A DNA stretch of 64,000 bases, taken from sequence record PQ341120.1, one strand, 5' to 3'. Of this stretch, positions 21,120-32,160 are shown one piece after another. Made by a program: the position numbers and the translations under genes. Origin of the DNA: Escherichia phage EAWsc9. Under the pieces are notes generated by a model. It did no database searches. It saw only the letters and a list, made by a program, of their open reading frames with translations, and had not been told where the DNA came from. Numbering within the stretch: position 1 is the first letter of the stretch; every line of letters begins with the position of its first letter.

Positions 21120-22064
21120 TTAATAAAATTCAGCAATATTTGCAGTTAGTTTAGACAGACCAGACTTAACAAAGTAAGGATAAACTTTACTTTTGGCTGG
21201 GATAACGTAGTTATTATATCGTTCTAAGATTGAAGCGGATATTTCCGTTGGGATAAAGTCCATATCAATCAACAATTGGTTTTCACAGAATCTATTATAT
21301 TGCTCTTCTGTTAAAAGCGTTTTCAAAACGTCATGGTCGTAATAGTTGAGTGCAATTTGTTCAAGCTCAGCAGCGCGGGTCGGTGGAGTGCGTTCACCTT
21401 CTTCACGAGTGTAATAAAAATCACCGCGAACCTTGATGCTTGACACGTTATCTTTTTTGTCGCCTTTAACAACCTTTGTCACGCAATCCATAAGAGCATC
21501 GCCTGATTTAGTTTTGACATATTTTTTCTGCATCGGTGACCATTGTTTCACCCCAGGGAATTTATGTAACTGGGTAAAGTCGCCATCTGAAGAAACAATC
21601 ATAACCGGATGCCCGAGACCAGTGAGCAACTTCGTTAATACTGCAATATGGTCGTCAGCCTCAATTTTATCCATATTCATCACGATGTAAGGCATATGTT
21701 TTTCCATTTCATCAATGATGATATGCATGGCAGCGTGTAGACCTTCCCAATCAAATTGTGACTCTTCACGAGCTTTTGCACGGTTTTTCTTATAATAATA
21801 AGATTTCGTGCGTCGCCAATAACCATTCTTCGAATTATCAACACAAATAATTGGGACTGTATAACCGAGCTTTTTAAACTGTACAATGTTTTTTCTGATA
21901 GAGTTCAGAACCAGATGTCTGGTCATTGCAGTTGTTACTTTCGGAAAGCCTGCGTCTTTGCCGAATTCCTGGAAGGCTGCTGCCATGATAAGCTGGCTAA
22001 AATCGAGTAACAGAAAACCATCTTTTTGACGGTCTTCTTCAGGGAGTAAAAAATCTAAATTCAT
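21120..22064 (-). CDS. rnh: RNase H (5'-3' flap exonuclease)
   Basis: 314 aa; SGYWRR..YYYKKNR.KAREES.WDWEG, YMPYIVM, EADDHIAVL, SSDGDFTQLHK match T4 RNase H. Confidence 0.93.
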   Translation of the reverse strand: MNLDFLLPEEDRQKDGFLLLDFSQLIMAAAFQEFGKDAGFPKVTTAMTRHLVLNSIRKNIVQFKKLGYTVPIICVDNSKNGYWRRTKSYYYKKNRAKAREESQFDWEGLHAAMHIIIDEMEKHMPYIVMNMDKIEADDHIAVLTKLLTGLGHPVMIVSSDGDFTQLHKFPGVKQWSPMQKKYVKTKSGDALMDCVTKVVKGDKKDNVSSIKVRGDFYYTREEGERTPPTRAAELEQIALNYYDHDVLKTLLTEEQYNRFCENQLLIDMDFIPTEISASILERYNNYVIPAKSKVYPYFVKSGLSKLTANIAEFY

Positions 22065-22121
22065 ATGAACCTCTGTTCAATTAGTTGACTCGATTATATT
22101 AGCATAAAAATTTTAAAGCAA

Positions 22122-22129
22122 TATAAATA
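22122..22129 (+). promoter_or_regulatory. late promoter TATAAATA for gene 34
   Basis: exact TATAAATA about 30 nt upstream of the gene 34 ATG. Confidence 0.7.
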
Positions 22130-22160
22130 CACATATACCAAATCAATAAGGATAAAGCAC

Positions 22161-25100
22161 ATGGCCGATATTTTAAAACCAGCATTCAGAGCAACATCCG
22201 GTCTCGATGCTGCTGGTGAGAAAGTCATTAATGTCGCAAAAGCTGATTACTCAGTTTTATCAGACGGCGTTAACGTAGGTTTCTTTATAGAAGAAAACAC
22301 AGTTCAACAATATGATGCAACACGCGGATACAAAAAGAACTTTGCAGTTATTAATGATAACCGTATTTGGGTTGCTCAACGTGATATTCCGGCACCAGCT
22401 GGAGCATTTACCCCTCAGTATTGGTTAGCAACTCGTACTGACCCGAAATGGGAAACTGTTGCATCTCCAACTCGTCAGCTTAGCTCCGGTGAATTTATCG
22501 CAGTCGACTCAGCTGCAAGCTTTACCACATTTACATTGCCTCCGAACCCGACTGATGGTGATACCATCGTTATTAAAGATATCGGCGGTAATACCGGTTA
22601 TAATGAAATTAAAATCCAGTCAAGCAACGTGCCTGGCCAAGGTAACCAAAAGATTGTTCGCTTTGGTAATCAGTATTCAGAAGTTTTAATTACCAAACCA
22701 TTCTCTTATAACATGCTTATCTTTTCAAACCGCTTATGGCAATTTTGGGAAGCAGGTAACGAAGAACGTGGTATCAGAGTAGAACCGTCGACCGGACGTT
22801 TCCATGCACAAGCTGGCGACTTTATTATGCGTCGTTATACAACTGGTGCACCGATTACTTTCATTCTTCCTAAGTATGCAAACCAGGGTGATATTGTCAA
22901 ATCTGTTGATATCGATGGCATGGGGCCAACGTTCCACCTGATGGTTGAAACCTTTGACACCAGTTCCAGTCTTGGGAAAGCTGGCCAGCATCAAATGGAA
23001 TTCCGTACCACAGGTGATGGTTTCTTCGTTTATAATGCTGCCGAAAAACTCTGGTATGTTTGGGACGGTGATTTTAAAACTCGTCTTCGCGTTATTCGCG
23101 ACAGCGTTAAACTTTTACCAAACGAAAGTGTCATTGTATTTGGCGAAGATAACTCAACTCCGGCAACGATTAATATCGATTTGCCAACTAATGTTTTGCA
23201 AGGCGATATTGTTAAGATTGCGCTGAACTATCTCCGTAAATCGCAGACTGTTAATATAAGAGCTGCTGTTGGCGATAAGATTGCAACTGACATTAAATTG
23301 CTGCAATTCCCTAAACGTTCCGAGTATCCACCAGATACAACTTGGGTGATGGTTGATTCATTGACCTTTAATGGCAACATCAGTTATACTCCGGTTATTG
23401 AATTATCATATGCAGAAGATGCAGTGTCTGGAACAAGTTATTGGGTTGTCGCTCAGAACGTCCCGACTGTCGAACGAGTTGACTCATTAAATGATTCCAC
23501 GCGTACACGTCTTGGTGTTATTGCTCTGGCAAACCAGACTCAGGCAAACGTTGACCATGAAAATAACCCAGAAAAAGAACTCGCAATTACCCCTCAGACT
23601 TTAGCCAACCGTGTTGCTAAAGAGAACCAACGAGGCATTGCCAGAATCGCAACGACTGCCCAAGTAAATCAGAACAGTGATTTTGCATTTGTTGATGATG
23701 TAATTATTTCTCCGAAAAAACTCAATGAACGTACGGCAACAGAAACGAGACGTGGGCTCGCAGAACTCGCCACACAGCAAGAAACCAATGCGGGTGTAGA
23801 TGATACCACAATTATAACTCCAAAGAAACTGCAAGCTCGCCAGGGCTCAGAATCGCTATCTGGTATTGTAACTTACGTTTCAACGACTGGTGCAACTCCT
23901 GCCGCTTCGCGTGAATTAAATGGTACAAACGTTTATAATAAAAATACGGTTAATCTGGTTGTTTCTCCGAAAGCTCTTGACCAGTACAAAGCTACTTACA
24001 CTCAGCAAGGCGCGGTTATTCTTGCGGTTGAAAGTGAAGTAATCGCTGGTACTTCTCAATCTGGCTGGGCAAACGCAGTCGTTACTCCAGAAATGTTGCA
24101 TCGCAAAACTGCTCTTGATTCCCGTATCGGTTTAATCGAGATTGCTACTCAGGTTGAAACAGATGCAGGAACCGATTATACCAGAGCTGTGACTCCTAAA
24201 ACGTTAAATGACCGTAAAGCATCAGAAACGTTAACCGGCATAGCCGAGATTGCTACGCAATCAGAATTTGATACTGGAACTGATGATACTCGTATCTCAA
24301 CTCCATTAAAAATTAAAAATAGATTTAATAATACTGCTCGTACTTCTGTTAATGCATTAAGTGGTTTAGTAGAAACAGGGACGCTCTGGGACCATTATAG
24401 CCTGAATATTCTTGAAGCAAATGAGACTCAGCGTGGCACAGCAAGATTAGCAACTCAGGGTGAAGTCAATACTGGCACTGACGATAAAACAATCGTTACT
24501 CCGCTTAAATTGATGTCGAAAAAAGCCACTGAAAACGCCGAAGGTATTGTTCGCATCGCGACAAACGCAGAAGCAACAGCAGGCACATCAAAAGTCTTGG
24601 CCATTAGTCCGTCTGCGCTGAAATATATTGCCCAAACGGAAACAACTTGGGAAGCATCTGAAACACTGCGTGGATTTGTTCGTTTATCTTCCGGTGCAGC
24701 TACTTCGGCCGCAACTACAACGACGGGCGCGGGATTTACATATGAAAATGGTGTGTATACCCCGGACCCAAGTAAACTGGTTAGCTATGCGAAATCTGGA
24801 TATGCAGTTTCGCCTTACGAATTAAACCGCGTATTGCAAAACTTCTTACCGATAAATGCGATGGCTGTTAATGCTGAAAAACTGGATAACCTCGATTCGA
24901 CCCAGTTTATTCGTCGTGATATTGCTCAGACTGTTGAAGGTGTATTAACCCTTACTAAGCAGACAAATATATCTGCTCCGGTTGTATCGACGAGCACTGC
25001 GGTGTTTACTGATGTAACGGCTGGTACTTCGACGTTCGGAACTGTGAATGTTGTTAATGGAACTAACAAGTGGAAAATCACTGCTCCTTCCACCGGAACG

Positions 25101-26117
25101 ACAATGACTATTGGTGATACGACTAACGTATTGACATTAAACACCGCCTCGGGTAATGCTGCAGTATTGAACAACCTTAGCGCCGGAAATGATGTTCAAG
25201 CCAAAAATAATTACGTTCTAAATGGTCGTACTATCGCAACCACGACGGGTGAAGTTTCTGGTGCAACTTTGTCTCTGGGTGATAACTCACAGAATTTAGT
25301 GCTCAAAACTCTTGATGCTGGTAATATCATAGCAAATGGTGGCGGTGCATTTAAAGTTCTGACCGAGAAAAACGCAGTAGAAATTGTTGATAGAAACTTT
25401 GTTAACCAGGCTGGTGATACAATGTCTGGTGTACTCCGTGTGAATGCTCCAGTCCGTGTATTCGGTACGAAACCAAGTCTTATCGCACAAGCTCCGACTG
25501 CGGATACTGTTGGTTTCTGGTCTGTCGATATCAATGATGAACCGACTTATAGCCAGTTCCCTGGTTATTGGACAATGAAGTTAAAACGTCAAGTAAACAT
25601 TGATACGGTTCAAACTAAACCTGCTGGGGTAACTGATGAAGTTTGGAATGCTTCTGGTTGGTTAACTGAAAACGGAACTTTTGCCTCGCCCGCTATTCGT
25701 TATCGTACTGATGATGGTACACTCGGTGATGAAGTATTAGGTAGCTCCGGACAGAAACTGCGCGGAACCTGGTTTGACTATTCAGTTCGTGATAAACAAA
25801 TTAAATATCCTGGTACATTGACTCAGTTTGGTAATACGCTAGATTCGTGCTATCAAGATTGGGTTTGTTATCCAACTGGATTGAACGGTGGTACTATTCG
25901 TTATACTCGTACATGGCAGAAAAATAAATCAGCATGGACGACTTTCGCAATGGTTTACACCGCGGATAACCCTCCGTCTGCAGAGGATGTTGGTGCATTA
26001 CCGGCTGACAACACAACGATGGGGAACTTAACCATTCTTGATTGGTTACGTATCGGTAACGTGCGTATCATCCCAGACCCGACCACTAAATCCGTTAAGT
26101 TTGAATGGATTGAATAA
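22161..26117 (+). CDS. 34: long tail fibre proximal subunit gp34
   Basis: 1318 aa; long identical blocks to remembered T4 gp34 (PTVERVDSLNDSTR.RLGVIALA, TAIITPKKLQARQGSESLSGIV, GNLTI.D.LRIGNVRI.PDP). Confidence 0.95.
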   Translation: MADILKPAFRATSGLDAAGEKVINVAKADYSVLSDGVNVGFFIEENTVQQYDATRGYKKNFAVINDNRIWVAQRDIPAPAGAFTPQYWLATRTDPKWETVASPTRQLSSGEFIAVDSAASFTTFTLPPNPTDGDTIVIKDIGGNTGYNEIKIQSSNVPGQGNQKIVRFGNQYSEVLITKPFSYNMLIFSNRLWQFWEAGNEERGIRVEPSTGRFHAQAGDFIMRRYTTGAPITFILPKYANQGDIVKSVDIDGMGPTFHLMVETFDTSSSLGKAGQHQMEFRTTGDGFFVYNAAEKLWYVWDGDFKTRLRVIRDSVKLLPNESVIVFGEDNSTPATINIDLPTNVLQGDIVKIALNYLRKSQTVNIRAAVGDKIATDIKLLQFPKRSEYPPDTTWVMVDSLTFNGNISYTPVIELSYAEDAVSGTSYWVVAQNVPTVERVDSLNDSTRTRLGVIALANQTQANVDHENNPEKELAITPQTLANRVAKENQRGIARIATTAQVNQNSDFAFVDDVIISPKKLNERTATETRRGLAELATQQETNAGVDDTTIITPKKLQARQGSESLSGIVTYVSTTGATPAASRELNGTNVYNKNTVNLVVSPKALDQYKATYTQQGAVILAVESEVIAGTSQSGWANAVVTPEMLHRKTALDSRIGLIEIATQVETDAGTDYTRAVTPKTLNDRKASETLTGIAEIATQSEFDTGTDDTRISTPLKIKNRFNNTARTSVNALSGLVETGTLWDHYSLNILEANETQRGTARLATQGEVNTGTDDKTIVTPLKLMSKKATENAEGIVRIATNAEATAGTSKVLAISPSALKYIAQTETTWEASETLRGFVRLSSGAATSAATTTTGAGFTYENGVYTPDPSKLVSYAKSGYAVSPYELNRVLQNFLPINAMAVNAEKLDNLDSTQFIRRDIAQTVEGVLTLTKQTNISAPVVSTSTAVFTDVTAGTSTFGTVNVVNGTNKWKITAPSTGTTMTIGDTTNVLTLNTASGNAAVLNNLSAGNDVQAKNNYVLNGRTIATTTGEVSGATLSLGDNSQNLVLKTLDAGNIIANGGGAFKVLTEKNAVEIVDRNFVNQAGDTMSGVLRVNAPVRVFGTKPSLIAQAPTADTVGFWSVDINDEPTYSQFPGYWTMKLKRQVNIDTVQTKPAGVTDEVWNASGWLTENGTFASPAIRYRTDDGTLGDEVLGSSGQKLRGTWFDYSVRDKQIKYPGTLTQFGNTLDSCYQDWVCYPTGLNGGTIRYTRTWQKNKSAWTTFAMVYTADNPPSAEDVGALPADNTTMGNLTILDWLRIGNVRIIPDPTTKSVKFEWIE

Positions 26118-26125
26118 GAGGTAAT

Positions 26126-27256
26126 ATGGAAAAATTTATGGCAGAGTTTGGACAAGGATACGTCCAAACGCCAGTTATATCAGAAAATAATGCCGTTAAA
26201 TTTAAAATGAGTATAGCAGGGAGCTGTACTCTTTCCACGGTGAAATCGTATATCAAATTTCAGGATGAACGAATTGGACCAACTACTTTTGGTAATGGTC
26301 TGACTCTATTGGAAATTGATACAACTACGAATAAAATTGTTAACACGAAAAACTATTCATTAACTAGCACACACGATGCAATCAGTCAGGCATTAATCAC
26401 CTTTGTGGAATCTGTTCCAGCCGGAAGATTGATTGCTTTTATTTCTTCAGGGAAACTAAATGCATCACAGACATTAATTGATTGGTTCCGTAAATGTGGT
26501 TCAAGAGCATTCCCGGAGAAATGGCTGATTGATAAAGTTGATACATCGTACTCGGCCTTTTATATAACCGGCCGGAATGTAATTGTTTCGGAGCATGTTA
26601 AGTATAATGACGGGAAGTTAGTTGAGGATGTTTCGACTCCGCTTGAAGTCATTTATGATACCTTTAGTGATATAGGAGCAACAGGCTATCCTGTACGCAT
26701 AACGGAAGACGAGAGCACGTATTCATCAACAGGTGATGGAACATCAACCACAATTAAAAGGTTCCCCACAGAGGACCTGGTGACTCCTATGGACACCTAT
26801 AACCTTTTACCTTTGGATGTGCTTTACTTGAAGTTTCAGATGTCATTTGACGCTGCACTGAAAGCTGCGGGGACCGTAAGGACTTCGATTCGATTCTTTA
26901 AAAGCCCCAGCACTTCTCCGATATCAAATACGAACATCGATATTGCAGCAAACGTTCCTGCCGGGGCTTGGGCGAGTTTCGAAAGATATGTCGAGATTCC
27001 GCCAGGAGCTGATGGCTTTACAGTAGTAACATCAAGAACTGTAGCTACCGGAACTGGGTCAATACGCAATATTGTTATTGGTGAGATAACCAGAGGTGAC
27101 TCGGCATTCAAACCAGCTGAATTTGGTGTCAACGGCATAAGGATGTCATATGCAAACGATACAACAAATACAGGCAATACAATTGTAACATTCCCGGATG
27201 CACAAGCTCCGAGAGCCGGCAAGATATACGCAGCCGAACTACGAGAAAAACAATAG
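26126..27256 (+). CDS. 35: tail fibre hinge protein gp35
   Basis: 376 aa; N-terminus MEKFMAEFGQGYVQTP and C-terminus KPAEFGVNGIR match T4 gp35. Confidence 0.93.
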   Translation: MEKFMAEFGQGYVQTPVISENNAVKFKMSIAGSCTLSTVKSYIKFQDERIGPTTFGNGLTLLEIDTTTNKIVNTKNYSLTSTHDAISQALITFVESVPAGRLIAFISSGKLNASQTLIDWFRKCGSRAFPEKWLIDKVDTSYSAFYITGRNVIVSEHVKYNDGKLVEDVSTPLEVIYDTFSDIGATGYPVRITEDESTYSSTGDGTSTTIKRFPTEDLVTPMDTYNLLPLDVLYLKFQMSFDAALKAAGTVRTSIRFFKSPSTSPISNTNIDIAANVPAGAWASFERYVEIPPGADGFTVVTSRTVATGTGSIRNIVIGEITRGDSAFKPAEFGVNGIRMSYANDTTNTGNTIVTFPDAQAPRAGKIYAAELREKQ

Positions 27257-27278
27257 GACTCTTCGGAGTCCTTTTTTC
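27256..27278 (+). terminator. rho-independent terminator after gene 35
   Basis: hairpin GGACTC-TTCG-GAGTCC followed by TTTTTT. Confidence 0.7.
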
Positions 27279-27280
27279 GT

Positions 27281-27288
27281 TATAAATA
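27281..27288 (+). promoter_or_regulatory. late promoter TATAAATA for gene 36
   Basis: exact TATAAATA about 35 nt upstream of the gene 36 ATG. Confidence 0.7.
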
Positions 27289-27323
27289 CAAAATATCATA
27301 TGCCGGTTGAAGAGGACTTATAA

Positions 27324-27971
27324 ATGGCAGATTTAAAACTAGGCTCAACAGCCGGAGGTTCGGTCCTCTGGCACCAGGGTAATTTCCCATTAACACCAGT
27401 CAGTAATGACTTATATTTCAAAACTTATAAAATTTATTCAGAATATAACAAGCCACAAGCAGTCGATAACGATTTTGTTTCTAAAGCTCTGGGTGGTAAT
27501 TATAAAGCAAACGTATATTTTGAACAAGGTCTAACATTTAACGATTCAAATGGTTACGGGATTAAGTTAGGAGCGAGAACAGGTGGTGCACCATTTACCG
27601 CATCTTTCCGTATTAAAGGACCATTCGGATTTGAGACTGAAACAGGAACACCATTCGTTATTTTTGACCCTGACACTACGACGGGAGCAAAACGTCTTAC
27701 TGTTATGGGTGATACGTTAGCTCGACAAATTTATGATGAAACAGGTCGTGTATTTTCTCCAGGGAATACTCCGTCAAAAGCTCAAGTTGGTCTTGGTAAT
27801 GTAACTAACCAGCAACAGGTAGAACTAAATAATAGTACATTGCAAACAATGACAGGTAACTTGTCAGCACCTAATTTCTTCTCTAGGAACCCAGCATCAG
27901 ACCCGGCCCATGTGCCTCGTTTTGACCAAATCGTTCTTAAAGACTCCGTACAAGATTTTGGATATTATTAA
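27324..27971 (+). CDS. 36: tail fibre protein gp36
   Basis: 215 aa; MADLK.GST.GGSV.WHQGNFPL and C-terminus PRFDQIV.KDSVQDFGYY match T4 gp36. Confidence 0.93.
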   Translation: MADLKLGSTAGGSVLWHQGNFPLTPVSNDLYFKTYKIYSEYNKPQAVDNDFVSKALGGNYKANVYFEQGLTFNDSNGYGIKLGARTGGAPFTASFRIKGPFGFETETGTPFVIFDPDTTTGAKRLTVMGDTLARQIYDETGRVFSPGNTPSKAQVGLGNVTNQQQVELNNSTLQTMTGNLSAPNFFSRNPASDPAHVPRFDQIVLKDSVQDFGYY

Positions 27972-27979
27972 GAGGCATT

Positions 27980-30900
27980 ATGGCTACTTTAAAACAAATA
28001 CAATTTAAAAGAAGTAAGGTTGCCGGCGTTCGTCCGGCGCCAACAGTTCTTGCTGAAGGTGAACTGGCTATCAACCTGAAAGACCGCTTACTTTTTACTA
28101 AAGATGACACCGGCGCCATTATCGACCTTGGTTTTGCCAAAGGCGGTAATATTGATGGTAATGTTATTCATAACGGTAATTACAATCAAACTGGTGATTA
28201 TACTCTGAATGGTACTTTTACTCAAACTGGTGATTTTAATTTAACCGGCATTGCTCGTGTAACTCGCGATATTATTGCCGCGGGTCAGATAATGACTGAA
28301 GGTGGTGAACTTATTTCTAAGAGTGCATCGACTTCGCATCTTCGTTTTTTTGATGGTGCATCACGCGAACGCGGTATTATCTTTTCTCCTAACAATGCGG
28401 GTTTGACAACTCAGGTAGTTAATATACGAGTGCAAGATTATGCCGCTGGTAGCGAAAGCACTTACGCGTTTTCGGGCAATGGTCAATTTACTTCACCTGA
28501 AGTATCAGCATGGAAATCTATTTCATCCCCACAAATTCTGACTGATAAAGTTATTACAAATGGTAAGAAAGCTGGTGATTACGATATCTATTCATTAGCA
28601 AATAATAATTCTAACACAGATAAAAATAATTTACGTGTTGTACGTACCGACGCAGCCGCCGCAATGCTCCATGAAATTTGTGAAAATAACGGTATCAGTT
28701 GGTATTCCGGTTCAACCCCTACTGATTATATGTTATCTTTTGCTTATTCAGGTGGTTTTCAAGCTGGACATTCGATTGCAGTGGGTATGGAATCAGGGCC
28801 TATGACATATTCAGCCTTAGGTAAAGGTTCTATTGCTCTTGGTGATAATGACACCGGGTTAAAATGGTACCAAGATGGTTATTTCTATGCAGTAAACAAT
28901 GGTACGAGAACTTTCCTTTACAGCCCTGAATCAACTGTAAGCCTTAGAAAAATGGTCATGGGTTATTCTGTAAACGGTAACGATTTAACTACGCCGCCGA
29001 CAGAAAACTATGCGCTTGGTACCGTTGTTACTTATCATGATAATAATGCCTTCGGTGATGGGCAAACTCTTTTAGGATATTATCAAGGTGGAGCATATCA
29101 CCACTATTTTCGTGGTAAAGGCACTACAAACATTAACACCACGGGTGGTTTGTTGGTGACTCCGGGTAATATCGATGTGATTGGCGGTTTAATTAATATC
29201 GACGGCCGCAGTAATGCTTCAACCTTACTGTTTAGTAGCTATACGTCTGGTCAAAGCTCTGTCGATAATATGAATATACGCGTTTGGGGCGATACTTTTA
29301 CCACTGTAGACGGTACTCGCAAAAACGTAATGGAAATATCTGATGCTACTAGCTGGATGCAATATATTCAACGAACAACTGCTGGTAAAGTCGAATCGGT
29401 TCTAAATGGCTCCCAGATTGTTAATGAAAACCTGACCGTAGTAAAAAATGCCACATTTGATGGTACAATCAGCGCACATGGTGAAATTGCAGGTAATGCT
29501 GTTAATGCCCTTAGAATTTGGAACGACGATTACGGTGCTATTTTCCGTCGCTCAGAAAACAGCCTTCATATTATTCCAACTGCCTATGGTGAAGGCAAAA
29601 ATGGCGATATCGGTCTACTTCGTCCGTTTAGTTTGTCTTTAGACACAGGTAAGGTTGTTATTCCTGACCTAGATTTGAGCTATGCTGGATTCCCTGCAAA
29701 CGGGTATATCAGATTTGGCGGTCATGGCGCTGGTGCCGGTGGATACGATATACAGTATTCACAAGCAGCCCCTGTTTTCCAAGAAATTGATGATGACGAG
29801 GTAAGTAAATATTATCCTATTGTTAAGCAGAAATTCTTACAAGGGGAAGCTGTTTGGTCTTTAGGTACTGAAATTAATTCCGGTACTTTTGTTTTACATC
29901 ATTTAAAAGAAGATGGAACACAAAATCATACCTCAAGATTTAATGCTGATGGTACAGTTAATTTCCCGGATAACGTTCAAGTCGGTGGTGGTGAAGCTAC
30001 TATTGCTAAAAATGGTAACATTTTCTCTGATATCTGGAAAACATTTACTTCAGCAGGCGATGTAACTAATATTCGCGATGCCATTGCTACTCGTGTTGCC
30101 AAAGAAGGCGATACAATGACTGGTAAATTGGTCATTGAGGCTCCTGGTGATGCTTTAGTATTAAGAACTAGCGCAGGTAATAGTTCACATATCCGTTCTG
30201 ATGTAAATGGTACCGGCAACTGGTATGTTGGTAAAGGTGGCAGCGATAATGGAATAGGCCTTTACAGCTATGCTACTAACTGTGGCCTGTATATCACCAA
30301 TAACGGTGAATTCAACGTAGACCTTTCTGGTGCTGGTCTGGCAATGCAGATGAATTATTATCGCATGTATGTTAACGGTCGAGCATGGGTTAATACTCAA
30401 GGTCATGGTTACGGAAACCAATGGCAAACAGAAGCTCCTTATTTCGTTGACTTTGGTGAATCCGTTCCTAAAGATAGTTATATGCCAATTATCAAAGGAA
30501 AAAGCACTCTAGCTACTGAAGGATATTCTACTAAAGCAGACTTCGGTATTATTAGATTGGGTGGAGCTGGTACTTGGGGTTCTGCTGTTATTCGTGTGGG
30601 TTCTGCTGAAAGCGGCGATGCAAGCCATCCTAATGCAATATTTGTATTTCAGGCTAATGGTGATTTTGTTGCACCTGCCGGTTTACGAGCCAGCGTTAAC
30701 CTAGGTGTGGGTACAATCCCGGTATGGGGTGGTGCGTCCATTGCTATTGGTGATAATGATACCGGTTTAGTTCATGGCGGCAACAGTCGAATTAATATGT
30801 ATGCTAACGCGCAGCATATTGCGTCATGGGGTACGATGTATCAATCTCATCCCGGCCTTTGGGACTCAAATGGAGCTTTTTGGACAGAAGTCGGCAAAGC

Positions 30901-31309
30901 AATTATTTCTCATGGCCATTTAGTTCAGGCGAATGACAGTTATTCCACATATGTCCGTGATGTTTATGTCCGTTCTGATATTCGCGTTAAAAAAGACCTC
31001 GTTAAATTTGAAAATGCTTCTCAGAAGCTTTCTAAAATTAACGGTTACACTTATATGCAGAAGCGTGGAACGGATGAAGAAGGTAATCAGAAATGGGAAC
31101 CTAACGCTGGTTTAATTGCTCAAGAAGTTCAAGCTATTTTACCTGAATTGGTTGAAGGTGACCCTAATGGTGAAGCTTTACTTCGTTTAAACTATAACGG
31201 TGTAATTGGTTTAAATACAGCTGCAATCAATGAGCACACTGCAGAAATAGCAGAATTGAAATCAGAGATTGAAGAACTTAAAGCATTAATTAAATCATTG
31301 TTAAAATAA
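27980..31309 (+). CDS. 37: long tail fibre distal subunit gp37 with C-terminal intramolecular-chaperone-like domain
   Basis: 1109 aa; N-terminus [32 protein letters not shown] matches T4 gp37; C-terminal ~120 aa ([14 protein letters not shown]...[16 protein letters not shown]...NYNGVIGL...coiled coil) resembles the self-cleaving chaperone domain of other phage fibres. Confidence 0.9.
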   Translation: MATLKQIQFKRSKVAGVRPAPTVLAEGELAINLKDRLLFTKDDTGAIIDLGFAKGGNIDGNVIHNGNYNQTGDYTLNGTFTQTGDFNLTGIARVTRDIIAAGQIMTEGGELISKSASTSHLRFFDGASRERGIIFSPNNAGLTTQVVNIRVQDYAAGSESTYAFSGNGQFTSPEVSAWKSISSPQILTDKVITNGKKAGDYDIYSLANNNSNTDKNNLRVVRTDAAAAMLHEICENNGISWYSGSTPTDYMLSFAYSGGFQAGHSIAVGMESGPMTYSALGKGSIALGDNDTGLKWYQDGYFYAVNNGTRTFLYSPESTVSLRKMVMGYSVNGNDLTTPPTENYALGTVVTYHDNNAFGDGQTLLGYYQGGAYHHYFRGKGTTNINTTGGLLVTPGNIDVIGGLINIDGRSNASTLLFSSYTSGQSSVDNMNIRVWGDTFTTVDGTRKNVMEISDATSWMQYIQRTTAGKVESVLNGSQIVNENLTVVKNATFDGTISAHGEIAGNAVNALRIWNDDYGAIFRRSENSLHIIPTAYGEGKNGDIGLLRPFSLSLDTGKVVIPDLDLSYAGFPANGYIRFGGHGAGAGGYDIQYSQAAPVFQEIDDDEVSKYYPIVKQKFLQGEAVWSLGTEINSGTFVLHHLKEDGTQNHTSRFNADGTVNFPDNVQVGGGEATIAKNGNIFSDIWKTFTSAGDVTNIRDAIATRVAKEGDTMTGKLVIEAPGDALVLRTSAGNSSHIRSDVNGTGNWYVGKGGSDNGIGLYSYATNCGLYITNNGEFNVDLSGAGLAMQMNYYRMYVNGRAWVNTQGHGYGNQWQTEAPYFVDFGESVPKDSYMPIIKGKSTLATEGYSTKADFGIIRLGGAGTWGSAVIRVGSAESGDASHPNAIFVFQANGDFVAPAGLRASVNLGVGTIPVWGGASIAIGDNDTGLVHGGNSRINMYANAQHIASWGTMYQSHPGLWDSNGAFWTEVGKAIISHGHLVQANDSYSTYVRDVYVRSDIRVKKDLVKFENASQKLSKINGYTYMQKRGTDEEGNQKWEPNAGLIAQEVQAILPELVEGDPNGEALLRLNYNGVIGLNTAAINEHTAEIAELKSEIEELKALIKSLLK

Positions 31310-31312
31310 TAA

Positions 31313-31328
31313 GAGGGGCTTCGGCCCC
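31313..31328 (+). other. GC hairpin between genes 37 and 38, directly before the gene 38 SD
   Basis: AGGGGC-TTCG-GCCCCT with no T-run; GGAGG SD follows. Confidence 0.5.
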
Positions 31329-31340
31329 TTGGAGGTTTAT

Positions 31341-32123
31341 ATGGCAGTAGCAGGACCGTGGATAGGAACTTCTGCATTAGCTAATACAGGACAAAATTGG
31401 ATGGGCGGCGCTGCCCAACGATTGAGAATGGGTGCTCCGTTTTGGATGAGTAATATGGTAGGTCGGTCTGTTGAAGTAATTCACACACTTGGGGCCGACC
31501 ATAACTTTAATGGGCAATGGTTTAGAGACCGTTGTTTTGAAGCCGGTGCTGCACCTATTGTGTTTAACATCACCGGTGATTTAGTATCTTATACCAAAGA
31601 TGTTCCGTTGTTCTTTATGTACGGCGATACCCCTAATGAATACGTTACTTTGAATATTCACGGCGGGGTCCATATGTGGGGCCGTGGTGGTAACGGTGGG
31701 ACCCGTGTTTGGGTAGCGGGTACAAATGGTGGTGATGTAATTCAAAACGACATTGGGGGCAGACTCCGTATTTGGAACTATGGTGTTATAGCTTCAGGTG
31801 GCGGTGGTGGTGCCGGGTGTGCTTCAAATAACTCTTGGCTTGAGGCGGGTACAGCCGGTGGCGGCGGTGGTAGACCATATGGATTAGGTGGTACTAATGG
31901 TGCCGTAAACCCAGGTGGCAACGCTAGTTATACCGGGCCAGGTGGCGGTGGCAGCTTTGGTGGACAGTGGGGCGGTGGTAATGGCGGCGACGCGGGCGGT
32001 GCTGGTGGCGGTGCTTACGGACGAAGCGTTACATACGGCTCACAAGGCGGAGCCGGGCGCGCGGTATTCGGAAGTTCTCCTTCATGGGGTGCGACAGGCA
32101 CTATCTACGGCTCATGGTTATAG
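31341..32123 (+). CDS. 38: gp38 tail-fibre tip adhesin with glycine-rich motifs (T2/T6-type)
   Basis: conserved N-terminal attachment domain ([53 protein letters not shown]) then poly-Gly motifs; ATG at 31341 with GGAGG SD (track starts at a TTG). Confidence 0.88.
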   Translation: MAVAGPWIGTSALANTGQNWMGGAAQRLRMGAPFWMSNMVGRSVEVIHTLGADHNFNGQWFRDRCFEAGAAPIVFNITGDLVSYTKDVPLFFMYGDTPNEYVTLNIHGGVHMWGRGGNGGTRVWVAGTNGGDVIQNDIGGRLRIWNYGVIASGGGGGAGCASNNSWLEAGTAGGGGGRPYGLGGTNGAVNPGGNASYTGPGGGGSFGGQWGGGNGGDAGGAGGGAYGRSVTYGSQGGAGRAVFGSSPSWGATGTIYGSWL

Positions 32124-32135
32124 TACATAAGCGCT

Positions 32136-32143
32136 ATAAATAT
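32136..32143 (+). promoter_or_regulatory. late promoter TATAAATA for gene t
   Basis: exact match about 18 nt upstream of the t ATG. Confidence 0.65.
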
Positions 32144-32160
32144 CTTTAAAGGAGAAAAGT

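Noticed and set aside
22459-25534. Short ORFs in alternative frames within gene 34 (e.g. 22459..22689, 24926..25174, 25211..25534)
   Set aside because: Nested inside the gp34 coding sequence, which matches T4 gp34 along its whole length.
31329-31340. Track start of gene 38 at 31329 (TTG) and similar TTG/GTG-extended N-termini for genes 56, 40, 33, rIII and several small ORFs
   Set aside because: The extensions run through Shine-Dalgarno sequences, promoters or upstream stop codons; the first ATG with an SD was used instead.
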